Positions 36,994 to 47,953 of a stretch of DNA of 64,000 bases are shown here, in pieces. The DNA is taken from contig NZ_JAAAPJ010000005.1 of the NCBI RefSeq assembly GCF_009909145.1, forward strand, positions 400,470-464,469. The letters are read 5' to 3'. Origin of the DNA: Corallococcus silvisoli. Its GTDB lineage: Bacteria > Myxococcota > Myxococcia > Myxococcales > Myxococcaceae. The notes beneath the pieces are model-generated. The model searched no databases and was not told where the DNA came from. It was given only the letters and a program-made list of their open reading frames with translations. Positions within the stretch are counted from its first letter, which is position 1. Every line of letters starts with the position of its first letter. The translations under genes were made by a program, and so were the position numbers.

Positions 36994-39900
36994 ATGCGAT
37001 CAAAGCGCGCGGTCCTTGGCAGGCTCTTGATGCTTTTCGCGGGCCTGGGCCTGCTGTCGTGTGGCGGCAATGAGCGCCCGGTCGCGGAGGGCGCCCGCAC
37101 CGCGCACTCCCGGCTGGCCGCGGCACCGGCCTGGTACGCCACCACCCCCATGACCGTGGAGAGGGCCCAGCACGCCGCGGTCCTGCTTCCTGACGGAAAG
37201 CTCCTGGTCATCGCGGGCGTCAACACGACCGGGTTCGTGACCACGGCGGAGCTCCTGGATCCGGCCACCGGCACCTGGTCCTCCGCGGGCAGTCCCGGGA
37301 TCACGGGCAACGTCACCGAGGCCGTGCTGCTTCCCAGCGGCAAGGTGCTGGCGATGACCGACGGCTCGCTGTCGGGCCGCATCTACGACCCCGCCACGGG
37401 CACCTGGTCCACCACTGGCGACATGGCGCGGACCCGCTTCCTCCCCACCCTCACGCTGCTGAACTCGGGGAAGGTCCTGGTCGCGGGCGGAGGCAACGGC
37501 GTCAACCGGCTCGCGACGGCCGAGCTGTACGATCCCACCACCAACACCTTCACGCCCACCGGCTCCATGAGCGTGGGCCGGGGTGCGCACATGGCCACGC
37601 TGCTGCGCGACGGGCGGGTGCTCGCGGTGAGCGGAATCAATGAGCTTGGCGAGGTGCCGGGCGCCGAGATCTATGACCCCGCGACCGGCACCTGGTCCAG
37701 CGCCGCGCCCCTGCTGGTCGGCCGGCACTACTCCACCAGCACCCTCCTCCCGGATGGCCGCGTCCTCGTCGCGGGCGGTTTCGCCTCGGGCGGCGCGACG
37801 GCGCAGTCGGAGCTCTATGACCCGGTGGCCAACACCTGGACGGCCACGGGCAGCCTCGCGTTCGCGCGCTCGAGCCACATGGCCACGCTGCTCCCCAATG
37901 GCAGGGTGCTCGTCACCGGTGGAGCCATCAGCGGGGCCGCTCCCGAGCGCGAGGCGGAGCTCTACGATCCCGCGACCGGAGTGTGGACCCCCGCGGGCAC
38001 GATGCTCACCGGCCGTGAGAACCACACCGCGACGCTGCTGCCCTCCGGGAAGGTGTTCGTCGCGGGCGGATCCGCCCGGACGCCCGTGCTCGGCTTCTTC
38101 GCGACCACGGAGGTCTACGACCCCGCCGTCAGCGCGTGGTCCCCCGCCGGCGCCATGGGGACGCCCCGGACCGATCCCCTGATGGCCCTGCTGCCCTCGG
38201 GCCAGGTGCTCGTCGCGACGGGCCGCGGTCTCTTCGGGTCGTCGAGCGCCGCGGAGCTGTATGACCGCGCGAGCAACACCTGGACCGCCCTGCCCGCGCT
38301 CGACACTCCGCGCGAGCGCGCCACCGCGACCGTGCTTCGCTCGGGACAGGTGCTGATCGCGGGCGGCCGGCAGCTGAGCACCTCGACCGCCTCCGCGCAG
38401 CGCTTCGACCCCGCCACCCACACCTGGCTTTCCACCGCGCCGCTGCTGGCGCCGCGGCACCTCCACACCGCCACGGTCCTCCCCGACGGCCGGGTGCTCG
38501 TGGCCGGAGGTCAGCGCAACACGACCGCGCTGAACACCGCGGAGCTGTACACGCCCGACACCGACACGTGGAGCGTGGCGGCCCCGAGCGCCTTCACCCG
38601 CGCCGGGCATCGCGCCGTGCTGCTGTCCAACGGCAAGGTGTTCATCGTTGGCGGCCATGATGACGGCGGCGCGGCGCTGGCCACCACCGAGTTGTACGAC
38701 CCCGTCTCCAACCTCTGGACGCCCGCGGCCGGCCTCGCCGTGGCCCGGGATGAGCTGACGCTGACGCTGCTGCCGTCGGGCCAGGTGCTCGCGGCGGGCG
38801 GCATCGCGGGCGGCATCGAGCTGACGTCCACGGAGCTCTACGACCCCGGCACCAACACCTGGGTGGCCGTGGGTCCGCTCGCGCAGCCGCGCTGGCTGCA
38901 CAGCGCCGCGCTGACCTCCTCCGGCAAGGTGCTGGTCGCGGGCGGCCTGACCCTGGCGGGCGAGTATTCCGACACGGCGGAGGTCTACGACCCCCTCCTG
39001 CGCGCCTGGACCACCGTCGCCACCCCCACCACGCGTGGCGGGCTCTCCTCGCTCGCGCTGCCCTCGGGCGAGGTCCTCGTCGTGGGTGGCATGAGCGCGC
39101 CCGACGCGGAGCTGTTCGACGACACCGGCGCGCAGCCCGCGTGGAGGCCGACGGTGACCCGCCCGGCGACCCTCGTCGCCGCCTGCCCGACCGTGCTGGA
39201 AGGCCTGCTGTTCCGGGGCATCTCCGGCGCGAGCAGCGGCAACAGCACCGACTCTCCGACCGACTTCCCCCTGGTGCGCCTGAGCGCCGCCGAGGGCGGA
39301 CGCCTCTGGACGCTCCCCAGCAGCGACACCTCCGCCACCCGCGCGACCGTGACCGTCCCCGCGGGCGTCCCGCTGGGCACCTACGGGCTCACCGTCCTCG
39401 CCAACGCCATCCCCGGCGGGCGCACGGTGCAGGTCGTCGCGAACCAGGCGCCCACCGCGCCGGACCAGACCGCCGCCACGCAGAAGGACACGGCCGTGGC
39501 CGTGACGCTGGGGGGCAGCGACCCGGATGCCGGTCAGGTGTTGACCTGGACCGTCGTGACGCCGCCCCAGCACGGCACGCTGAGCGGAACGCCCCCCGCC
39601 CTCACGTACACGCCCGCGCCGGGCTACACGGGCACCGACACCTTCGCGTTCCGGGTCAGGGACTGCCTCCAGGACAGCAACGTCGCCACCGTGACCCTCA
39701 CCATCACGGAAGGCGCGCCCCCCACCCTCTCCTGCCCCGCGGATGTCACCGCCGAGGCGACGGGGCCGGACGGAGCGCTCGTGAGCTACGATCCCGCGGT
39801 GCCCAACCCGGCGGGCCTGCCGGTGAGCTACTCGCAGGACTCGGGGACGCGCTTCCCGCTCGGAGCGACGACCGTCACGGCCACGCTCCCGGCCAGCGGC

Positions 39901-40287
39901 GTGTCGTGCACGTTCCGAGTGACCGTGCGGGACACCACGCCGCCCGCCTTGACCTGTCCGGCGAACGTGACGGTGGCGCCGGGGGAGCCGGTGACGTTCA
40001 CGCCCTCGGCCACGGACGCGGTGACGGCTTCGCCGTCCGTGACGTCCTCGCCCGCGTCGGGCAGCACCTTCTCGCCGGGCGCCACGCAAGTCACCGTCAC
40101 CGCCACGGATGACGCCGGCAACTCCGCGCAGTGCACGTTCCAGGTCCGTGTCCAGGCGGAGGTGGTGGAGATCGCGGGCGGCGGTTGTGACAGCAGCGGC
40201 GGCAGCGCTTCCGCGCTGGCCATCCTCGTCGTGCTGGCGGCATGGAGCGGTTCGCGCCGCCGCCAGAACCCGGCGCGGGGGAACTGA
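36994..40287 (+). CDS. Large exported Kelch-repeat protein with Ig-like/cadherin-like and two HYR domains and a C-terminal MYXO-CTERM sorting signal.
   Basis: Signal peptide. At least 12 tandem ~48-aa Kelch units (GRVLVAGG...ELYDPATGTW). HYR-like domains (LSCPADVTAEA..., LTCPANVTVAP...). C-terminus GGGCDSSGGSASALAILVVLAAWSGSRRR. Confidence 0.8.
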   Translation: MRSKRAVLGRLLMLFAGLGLLSCGGNERPVAEGARTAHSRLAAAPAWYATTPMTVERAQHAAVLLPDGKLLVIAGVNTTGFVTTAELLDPATGTWSSAGSPGITGNVTEAVLLPSGKVLAMTDGSLSGRIYDPATGTWSTTGDMARTRFLPTLTLLNSGKVLVAGGGNGVNRLATAELYDPTTNTFTPTGSMSVGRGAHMATLLRDGRVLAVSGINELGEVPGAEIYDPATGTWSSAAPLLVGRHYSTSTLLPDGRVLVAGGFASGGATAQSELYDPVANTWTATGSLAFARSSHMATLLPNGRVLVTGGAISGAAPEREAELYDPATGVWTPAGTMLTGRENHTATLLPSGKVFVAGGSARTPVLGFFATTEVYDPAVSAWSPAGAMGTPRTDPLMALLPSGQVLVATGRGLFGSSSAAELYDRASNTWTALPALDTPRERATATVLRSGQVLIAGGRQLSTSTASAQRFDPATHTWLSTAPLLAPRHLHTATVLPDGRVLVAGGQRNTTALNTAELYTPDTDTWSVAAPSAFTRAGHRAVLLSNGKVFIVGGHDDGGAALATTELYDPVSNLWTPAAGLAVARDELTLTLLPSGQVLAAGGIAGGIELTSTELYDPGTNTWVAVGPLAQPRWLHSAALTSSGKVLVAGGLTLAGEYSDTAEVYDPLLRAWTTVATPTTRGGLSSLALPSGEVLVVGGMSAPDAELFDDTGAQPAWRPTVTRPATLVAACPTVLEGLLFRGISGASSGNSTDSPTDFPLVRLSAAEGGRLWTLPSSDTSATRATVTVPAGVPLGTYGLTVLANAIPGGRTVQVVANQAPTAPDQTAATQKDTAVAVTLGGSDPDAGQVLTWTVVTPPQHGTLSGTPPALTYTPAPGYTGTDTFAFRVRDCLQDSNVATVTLTITEGAPPTLSCPADVTAEATGPDGALVSYDPAVPNPAGLPVSYSQDSGTRFPLGATTVTATLPASGVSCTFRVTVRDTTPPALTCPANVTVAPGEPVTFTPSATDAVTASPSVTSSPASGSTFSPGATQVTVTATDDAGNSAQCTFQVRVQAEVVEIAGGGCDSSGGSASALAILVVLAAWSGSRRRQNPARGN
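37140..39060 (+). repeat. Tandem Kelch-motif coding repeats (protein-level ~48-aa periodicity) inside the 36994..40287 gene.
   Basis: Recurrent LLP.G.VLV.GG ... ELYDP.T.TW blocks, visible in the translation. Confidence 0.6.
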
Positions 40288-40290
40288 CCC

Positions 40291-41961
40291 ATGCGCTCCC
40301 TCTTCTCTCGAATGGACCTCACCTTGCGTACCCAGGCACAGAGCTGGGCGCTGGCCGCGCTGTTGGCCACCGCCGTCGCCCCCGCCGCCTTCGGACAGAG
40401 TGTCGCCAGTCCCCTCGTCCCGCTGGACCTGGAGCGCCTGCGCTTCCAGCCCGCGGCGACGGACTCCATGCTGGTGGACACCGGCCGCGTGCTCCCCGAG
40501 GGCGGCTACCGCCTGCTCCTCATGGCCAACTACGAGCGCGGCATCCTCCTGCTCCAGGGCAGTGATGGGCTCAAGCGCTCCATCCTGCACTACCGCACGT
40601 CGGGGTGGCTCGCGGGGGCGTGGTCCCCGGTGGACCGCCTGGAGCTGTCCGCGCGACTGCCCGTCATCATCTCCCAGGGAGGTCATGGCGCGGAGCAGCT
40701 GGTCGGCGTGACGGCGCCGGACTCCTTCGGGTTGGGAACGCCCGAGCTGGGCGCGCGCTTCGAGCTGCTGCGGCGTGAGGAAGGCGCGCCGGTGTTCCTG
40801 GGCCTGGGCCTGGACATCGGGCTGCCCGGCGGCACCGCGGACGCGTTCGGCCGTCAGCAGGGCTGGGCCGGGTTCCAGGTCGCGCCTCGCGTGGCGGTGA
40901 GCCGCGAGGTGGGCCCCCTGGCGCTGGGGCTCAGCGCGGGCGTGCGGATCCGCTCGCGGGAAGTCGAGCCGGGCCGCGATGTCGGCACGGAGCTGGAGCA
41001 GGGCCTGGTGGTGGCGACGCGCGGCAAGGGTCTGCGGGGCGAGGTCGTGCTCCAGGCCGCGGAGTCGCTGGTGCAGTCCGACGTCGCGTTGGAGCTGTTG
41101 GGCGGCCTGCGGCTGCCGGTGGCCTACGGCTTCGAGGCCTTCGCGCTCGCGGGGCACGGCTTCACGGACATCCCAGGCACGCCGTCGTTCCGCCTGGCCG
41201 CGGGCATCGCGTACGCGAACGAGCCCAAGCCGGTGGACCGCTGCCAGGATGGACGCAGCCACACCCCGGCGCAGTGCCCGAACCTGGATGACGACGGGGA
41301 CTCGGTGCCCAACGGGCAGGACCGCTGCCCGCTGGAGGCCGGCTCCGTGGACAACGGCGGCTGCCCGGACAAGGACACGGATGGGGACGGCGTGGTGGAC
41401 CGGCTGGACCAGTGCGCGTCGCAGGCAGGGTCGGCCCGCTACAACGGCTGCCCGCCGCCGGACGCGGACCAGGACGGCGTTCCGGACGACGAGGACGCGT
41501 GCCCCCACGAGGCCGGCCCCGCGGCGGAGCGCGGCTGCCCCGTGAAGGAGCAGAAGCCGCCCGAGGAGCCCAAGCCCCAGCCGCCGCCCGAGGAGCAGCC
41601 CGCCCCGGTGGAGACGAAGTCGCCGCTGGAGCACATCGTGCAGTTCCCGGTGAACCAGTCGGAGTTCCAGGAGAACGAGCAGCGGCAGCTGGACGACATC
41701 GCGGCCTACCTGAAGGCGAATCCCCAGCTCGCGATCCGGATTGAAGGCCACACGGACAACAGCGGTCCGGAGGACGCGAACCGCACGCTGAGCCAGCAGC
41801 GCGCGGACCGGGTGCGCGCGTATCTCATGAAGAAGGGCATCGCGGGCTCGCGGATGGAGGCGAAGGGCTACGGCCCCGACCGTCCGCGCGTGTCCAACGA
41901 AACACCGGAAGGCCGCAGCGCGAACCGCCGCGTGGAGTTCGTCCCCGTGTCGGGGAGCTGA
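40291..41961 (+). CDS. OmpA-family outer-membrane protein with thrombospondin type-3 (TSP3) calcium-binding repeats.
   Basis: Signal peptide. Three DxDxDGxxDxxD TSP3 repeats (DDDGDSVPNGQD, DKDTDGDGVVDRLD, DADQDGVPDDED). C-terminal OmpA domain (IEGHTDNSGPEDANRTLSQQRADRV...NRRVEF). Starts 3 nt after the Kelch gene stop. Confidence 0.8.
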   Translation: MRSLFSRMDLTLRTQAQSWALAALLATAVAPAAFGQSVASPLVPLDLERLRFQPAATDSMLVDTGRVLPEGGYRLLLMANYERGILLLQGSDGLKRSILHYRTSGWLAGAWSPVDRLELSARLPVIISQGGHGAEQLVGVTAPDSFGLGTPELGARFELLRREEGAPVFLGLGLDIGLPGGTADAFGRQQGWAGFQVAPRVAVSREVGPLALGLSAGVRIRSREVEPGRDVGTELEQGLVVATRGKGLRGEVVLQAAESLVQSDVALELLGGLRLPVAYGFEAFALAGHGFTDIPGTPSFRLAAGIAYANEPKPVDRCQDGRSHTPAQCPNLDDDGDSVPNGQDRCPLEAGSVDNGGCPDKDTDGDGVVDRLDQCASQAGSARYNGCPPPDADQDGVPDDEDACPHEAGPAAERGCPVKEQKPPEEPKPQPPPEEQPAPVETKSPLEHIVQFPVNQSEFQENEQRQLDDIAAYLKANPQLAIRIEGHTDNSGPEDANRTLSQQRADRVRAYLMKKGIAGSRMEAKGYGPDRPRVSNETPEGRSANRRVEFVPVSGS

Positions 41962-41983
41962 CTCCAGGTCGCGCCAGAGTGAC

Positions 41984-42045
41984 GCCGCTTCGTGGGCCTC
42001 CACGAAGCGGCGAGCGGTCGCATCCCGCACCCACCGGATGCGACC
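41984..42045. terminator. Two consecutive GC-rich hairpins: 12-bp stem GCCGCTTCGTGG/CCACGAAGCGGC with a 4-nt loop, and 10-bp stem GGTCGCATCC/GGATGCGACC. Likely a bidirectional terminator.
   Basis: Read in the sequence between the convergent OmpA (stop 41961) and HAD (stop 42130) genes. Confidence 0.5.
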
Positions 42046-42129
42046 GCGCCGCGCGGACACATCCGGCCCTCACGGAACGCCGCTGTCCCCGCCCGGCGGC
42101 CGGTCCCCGCGGAGCCGTTCGCGGATGAC

Positions 42130-42912
42130 TCAAGCCTCTTCGGCGTGCAGTTGCACCAGCCCAGGCAGCTCCGCCGCGCGCTCGCGCAGCCGGACCTTGG
42201 GGCGGATGGCCACCGGGACGCGGGACGCCGCGAGCAGATCCAGGTCGAACACGTTGTCCCCGAACGCGGCGCAGAGCGGCCGGTCCGTGCGCTGCCTCAA
42301 GCAGTTCACCTTTCCGGGGCCGTAGGGCACGGGCTCGAAGACGGACGTCTGCAACCGTCCCGCCTCCTCCTTCGGCGTGCACGCCAGGACGAACTCCGAG
42401 GAGATGCCCACCTCCTTCACCGCGGCCTCCACCACCGCGCGAGGCGACGCGCTGACCACGTAGCAATCCACCCCCTGCCCCCGCGCCCACTCCACCACGC
42501 GGCGGGCTTCCGGATGGATGCGCTGGGCCACGCCCCGGCGTGACACCACGTCGTGGGCGAAGCCGCGCACCTCCTCCGCGTGCCAGCCCGCGAAGATCCA
42601 CGCCATCATCTCGTAGGTGGCCTTCTCCGGGAGCCGCCCGGCCTCGAACGCCGCGAACAGCGCGCGCGCCAGCGTCACCGCGTCCGGATGCCCCTCCACG
42701 CCGTGCCGAGCCCCCAACCGCTCCATCTCCAGGCGGGCCTCGGGCCGCACGCCGCCATGCTCCAGCAGGGCCAGGAACAGGTCATCGCCCACATCCCCGC
42801 TCCACAGCGTGCCGTCCCCGTCGAAGGCCAGCACGCCGTCAGGCGTCAGCGCGACCTCACGACGGATGCGCTCCAGCGTCTCCTCGACCCGCTCGATCCT
42901 CATGTCCCGCAT
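42130..42912 (-). CDS. HAD-superfamily (subfamily IB-like) hydrolase/phosphatase.
   Basis: Motif I FDGDGTL. Motif IV-like GDNVFD. 260 aa. Confidence 0.7.
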   Translation of the reverse strand: MRDMRIERVEETLERIRREVALTPDGVLAFDGDGTLWSGDVGDDLFLALLEHGGVRPEARLEMERLGARHGVEGHPDAVTLARALFAAFEAGRLPEKATYEMMAWIFAGWHAEEVRGFAHDVVSRRGVAQRIHPEARRVVEWARGQGVDCYVVSASPRAVVEAAVKEVGISSEFVLACTPKEEAGRLQTSVFEPVPYGPGKVNCLRQRTDRPLCAAFGDNVFDLDLLAASRVPVAIRPKVRLRERAAELPGLVQLHAEEA

Positions 42913-43008
42913 CCTCGCTGGCCCGCCTGTTCGGTGTCACCCGCCCGAGGGCTTCCTTCCCTCGGGGTGTTCAGCATCGCGCCGGAGGGCGTGACTACGT
43001 TGCCCGTC

Positions 43009-43569
43009 ATGGCACGGACGGAAAAAGAGAAGATGCTCGCGGGCCAGCTGTACGTCGCGGCGGATCCCCAGCTGGTGGCCGAGCGGGCCCGCGCGCGCAA
43101 GCTCCTGCGCGCCTACAACGCCTCCACCGAGGAGGACCTGCCGCGACGCGAGAGCCTGCTCGGCCAGTTGCTGGGAGCGGCGGGCGAAGGGACGTGGATC
43201 GAACCGCCCTTCTTCTGCGACTACGGCGAGCACATCCGCCTGGGCGCGCGCGTCTACATGAACTTCCAGTGCGTCATCCTCGACTGCAACACGGTGACGA
43301 TGGGAGATGACGTGTCCCTCGGCCCCGGAGTGCAGCTCTACGCGGCCACGCATCCGCTGGATCCGGACGAACGCATCCAGGGCCCGGAGCTGGGCCGCCC
43401 CATCACCGTCGGCTCCAAGGTCTGGGTGGGCGGCGGCACCATCATCTGCCCGGGGGTCTCCATCGGGGAAGGGTCCACCATCGGCGCGGGCAGCGTGGTG
43501 ACGAGGGACATCCCGCCGTATGTCTTCGCGGCCGGCAATCCCTGCCGGATCATCCGGAACCTGCGCTGA
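43009..43569 (+). CDS. Maltose/galactoside O-acetyltransferase-like, hexapeptide-repeat (LbH) acetyltransferase.
   Basis: MAT/LacA-type N-terminus (AGQLYVAADPQLVAERARARKLLRAYN) plus hexapeptide repeats (IGSKVWVGGGTIICPGVSIGEGSTIGAGSVV). Start inside ORF 42553..43569. Confidence 0.8.
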   Translation: MARTEKEKMLAGQLYVAADPQLVAERARARKLLRAYNASTEEDLPRRESLLGQLLGAAGEGTWIEPPFFCDYGEHIRLGARVYMNFQCVILDCNTVTMGDDVSLGPGVQLYAATHPLDPDERIQGPELGRPITVGSKVWVGGGTIICPGVSIGEGSTIGAGSVVTRDIPPYVFAAGNPCRIIRNLR

Positions 43570-44734
43570 AACCACCGCCCGAGGCATCGGCCCCGTCCGC
43601 CCCCGGCCCCGCCACGGTGCGCGCCAGCGTGCGCGCCAGCGCATCCCGGGCCTCCGCCAGCGCCTCGTCGCTCCCGTCCCCCGTCCGCGCGGGCACGGTG
43701 GACTCCAGCTCACCGGGATGCAGGCGGAACCACTTCGCGATGAGCATCACCTCCTGCGCCTCCTGGGCGCGGAGTCCAATCGCCTCCGGCTCCGGCACCG
43801 AGAAGATGTCCCGCACCCGCGCCTCCAGGTCCGCGTGCGCCCGCGGCGTCCGGGGCGCAGGCACCTCCGCGCGGATGCGTCCCCGCCGCAGCACATACGC
43901 CCGGTCCGCTCCGCCGTGCCCCCGCACCGTGTAGACCAACGAGAGCCGCCGCAGCGTGCGCCCCAGCTCGACGATCCACGCCCGCACGTTCTCCAGCCGC
44001 TCGGCGCGGTCGCGCAGCTCCGCCGCGTACTCGAACTGGAGGCGACGCGCCGCCAGGGCCATCCGCTCGCGCAGGATGACCAGCGGACGGTCCGACTCTC
44101 CGTTGAGGAACGCCCGCGCCAGCGCGACGCGCTCCAGATACTCCACCTGCGAGCACCCTGCCGCGCACGGCGACAGACATCGCGCCGTCTGCCCGCGCAG
44201 GCACCTCGGGTCGTCCTTCAGCGCGAAGAGCGGGAGCTGATCCGCCAGCCGCATGGGCGTCCGCGCGGGGCAATCGCGCAGCTCCAGCAGGTCGTTCACC
44301 GCGCGGACCACGTCCTCCATGGTGTGCCGGCCGTGGAAGGGCCCGAAGTATTCCGCGCTCCCGCCGCCGGGCTGTCCCACCACGCGCAGCCGGGGCACCT
44401 CCTCCCGCGTGAGCTGGAGGAAGCAGTGCGCGCGGTCGCGCTTGTGCTCCACGTTGTAGAGCGGCCGGTGGCTCTTGATCAGCCGGAACTCACGAAGGAG
44501 CGCCGCGAACTCGCTGGCCGTGTACTCCCACTCCAGCCGGTGCGCCTGGGCGATGATCTCCGCGGCCTTCTCCCCCTCCTCCGCGCGGAAGTACGACAGG
44601 AGCCGCGTGCGCACGCGCACGGACTTCCCCACGTAGAGCAGCTCTCCGGCGGGACCGAGCATGCGGTACACGCCGGGCCGGTTCTCCGCGTTGGCGCGGA
44701 CGTGACTCAGGAGGGTGGCGACGCGGGAGTCCAT
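43550..44734 (-). CDS. UvrC-homolog/Cho-like GIY-YIG endonuclease (lacks the C-terminal HhH region).
   Basis: N-terminal GIY-YIG (PGVYRMLGPAGELLYVGKS...LIKSHRPLYNV). UvrC-like Cys-containing middle region. 394 aa. 3' end overlaps the convergent acetyltransferase by 20 bp. Confidence 0.65.
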   Translation of the reverse strand: MDSRVATLLSHVRANAENRPGVYRMLGPAGELLYVGKSVRVRTRLLSYFRAEEGEKAAEIIAQAHRLEWEYTASEFAALLREFRLIKSHRPLYNVEHKRDRAHCFLQLTREEVPRLRVVGQPGGGSAEYFGPFHGRHTMEDVVRAVNDLLELRDCPARTPMRLADQLPLFALKDDPRCLRGQTARCLSPCAAGCSQVEYLERVALARAFLNGESDRPLVILRERMALAARRLQFEYAAELRDRAERLENVRAWIVELGRTLRRLSLVYTVRGHGGADRAYVLRRGRIRAEVPAPRTPRAHADLEARVRDIFSVPEPEAIGLRAQEAQEVMLIAKWFRLHPGELESTVPARTGDGSDEALAEARDALARTLARTVAGPGADGADASGGGFSAGSG

Positions 44735-44859
44735 GCGGCGGTGAGCCGGGCCACGCCCGGACCTCGCAGGCTAACCGGCCACGTCCCGCCGCACCGCTGT
44801 TGCCTCTCGCGTCCCGTCGCCCCGGCCGGAGGGCGGGCGACGGGACACGGGCCCGAGGC

Positions 44860-46038
<1,179 letters not shown>

Positions 46039-46297
46039 TTATACCCAGCCCGCCCGCCTGGAGGCACCCGGTTCCTGGGGACGCCTGCCCGGCCTCCAGG
46101 GGGACGCCCCTCCCGGCCCGGCCCGGCGGGGGCGCCACTTTCCCTACCTGGGGCACATGGGGGACGGACCGGGGGGCGAGGGAAGCCGGCATTTCCGGGG
46201 CGGGCCGGCGGTTACATTGGGTCCTCCGGTACGCTGCCGGGCCTCGATTCACCGCGCGTCTTGGGTCGCCGCGCCATTTCCGTTACAAGCCGCCGCC

Positions 46298-47896
46298 ATG
46301 TTCAACGTCATCAACGTCTCCAAGGCCTATGGGCCCAAGAAGCTTTTCGAGGAGGTCAACGTCGCCTTCTCGCCGGGCCGCCGCTACGGCCTGACCGGTC
46401 CGAACGGGGCCGGCAAGTCCACGTTCATGAAGATCCTCGCGGGTGACGAGGAGCAGGACATGGGCGACATCATCCGCCCGCGCAAGCTGGGCATCCTGCG
46501 CCAGGACCACTTCCGCTACGAGAACGACCGCGTCCTGGACGTGGTGCTGATGGGCAACCGCCACCTGTGGGCGGCGATGGACGAGAAGAACAAGCTGCTC
46601 GCCAAGGCGGACATCACCGAGGAGGACGGCAACCGGCTGGGTGAGCTGGAAGGCGTCATCGCGGAAGAGGACGGCTATTCGGCGGAGAGCGACGCGGCCA
46701 CGCTGCTCGCGGGTCTGGGCATCGAGGAGAGCTTCCACGAAGGGCCGATGCGGCAGCTCACGGGCGGCCTGAAGCTGCGCGTGCTGCTCGCGCAGGCGCT
46801 GTTCGGCAAGCCCGAGGGGCTGCTGCTCGACGAGCCCACGAACAACCTGGACATCGACTCCATCCGGTGGCTGGAGAACTTCCTCCACGTGTACGAGGGC
46901 GTGCTGATCACCATCAGCCACGACCGGCACTTCCTGAACTCCATCTGCACGCACATCGCGGACATCGATTACGAGACCATCATCCAGTACACGGGGGGTT
47001 ACGACGACATGGTCCGGCAGAAGTCGCAGCTGCGGACCCGGGTGGAGTCGGAGACGGCGGAGAAGAAGAAGAAGATCGCCCAGCTGCAGGACTTCGTGGC
47101 GCGCTTCCACGCGGGTACGCGCGCGTCGCAGGTGCAGAGCCGCATCAAGCAGATCGACAAGCTGAAGACGGAGGACCTGAAGCGCTCGAACATCGCGCGG
47201 CCGTTCATCCGGTTCGACCAGAAGGTGGTCAGCGGCCGTCAGACGCTGATGTTCGAGGGCCTGAAGAAGTCCTTCGACGGGGTCCCGGTCATCAAGCCGT
47301 TCACGGGGCTGGTCTGCAAGGGCGAGCGCATCTGCGTCATCGGCCGCAACGGCGTGGGCAAGTCCACGCTGGTGAAGATGCTGGCGGGGCAGCTGGAGCC
47401 GGACGCGGGCACCATCACCTGGGGCCACCAGGCGTCGGTGGGCTACCTGCCGCAGGACCACCACGGCGTCATCCACAAGGGGACGACGTGCTTCGGCTAC
47501 CTGCGGGAGATTAGCGAGAAGCTGACCAACGAGGAGATCTCCGGCGTGCTGGGCCGGATGCTCTTCTCCGGCGAAGAGCGGATGAAGAACACGGACACGC
47601 TCTCCGGTGGTGAGACGGTGCGCGTGCTGCTGTCCAAGCTGATGATCATGCAGGACAACGTGCTCATCCTCGACGAGCCGACGAACCACCTGGACCTGGA
47701 GTCCATCGCGGCGCTGGCGGAGGGCCTGTCGAAGTTCGAGGGCACGGTCATCGTCGTGACGCACGACCAGGAGCTCATCTCCGAGGTCGCGACCCGCATC
47801 TGGAGCCTGGAGGCGGGCAAGGACGTGCTCGACTTCAACGGTCCCTACTCGGAGTTCATGGAGAAGCACTCGGACGCCGCGCTCAAGCGCCGGTAA
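46298..47896 (+). CDS. ABC-F family ATPase (tandem ABC domains, no TM domain).
   Basis: Two Walker A (GPNGAGKST, GRNGVGKST). Two ABC signatures (LTGGLKLR, LSGGETVR). Inter-domain linker. Start inside ORF 45848..47896. Confidence 0.85.
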   Translation: MFNVINVSKAYGPKKLFEEVNVAFSPGRRYGLTGPNGAGKSTFMKILAGDEEQDMGDIIRPRKLGILRQDHFRYENDRVLDVVLMGNRHLWAAMDEKNKLLAKADITEEDGNRLGELEGVIAEEDGYSAESDAATLLAGLGIEESFHEGPMRQLTGGLKLRVLLAQALFGKPEGLLLDEPTNNLDIDSIRWLENFLHVYEGVLITISHDRHFLNSICTHIADIDYETIIQYTGGYDDMVRQKSQLRTRVESETAEKKKKIAQLQDFVARFHAGTRASQVQSRIKQIDKLKTEDLKRSNIARPFIRFDQKVVSGRQTLMFEGLKKSFDGVPVIKPFTGLVCKGERICVIGRNGVGKSTLVKMLAGQLEPDAGTITWGHQASVGYLPQDHHGVIHKGTTCFGYLREISEKLTNEEISGVLGRMLFSGEERMKNTDTLSGGETVRVLLSKLMIMQDNVLILDEPTNHLDLESIAALAEGLSKFEGTVIVVTHDQELISEVATRIWSLEAGKDVLDFNGPYSEFMEKHSDAALKRR

Positions 47897-47931
47897 TCCG
47901 TTTCACGGACTTCCGTGGCGCCTGCGCCGCC

Positions 47932-47953
47932 CGCTTCCGGTTCGCCGGAAGCG
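47932..47953 (+). terminator. Hairpin (CGCTTCCGG-TTCG-CCGGAAGCG) followed by a GC/T stretch. Candidate intrinsic terminator of the ABC-F gene.
   Basis: Perfect 9-bp inverted repeat 36 nt after the TAA at 47894. Confidence 0.4.

Noticed and set aside
37000-42060. 1686-aa ORF on the minus strand spanning the Kelch and OmpA genes.
   Set aside because: It is antisense to two well-supported plus-strand genes with clear domains. Its translation is low-complexity and Arg/Gly/Ala-rich, typical of off-frame translation of high-GC DNA, with no motifs or signal.
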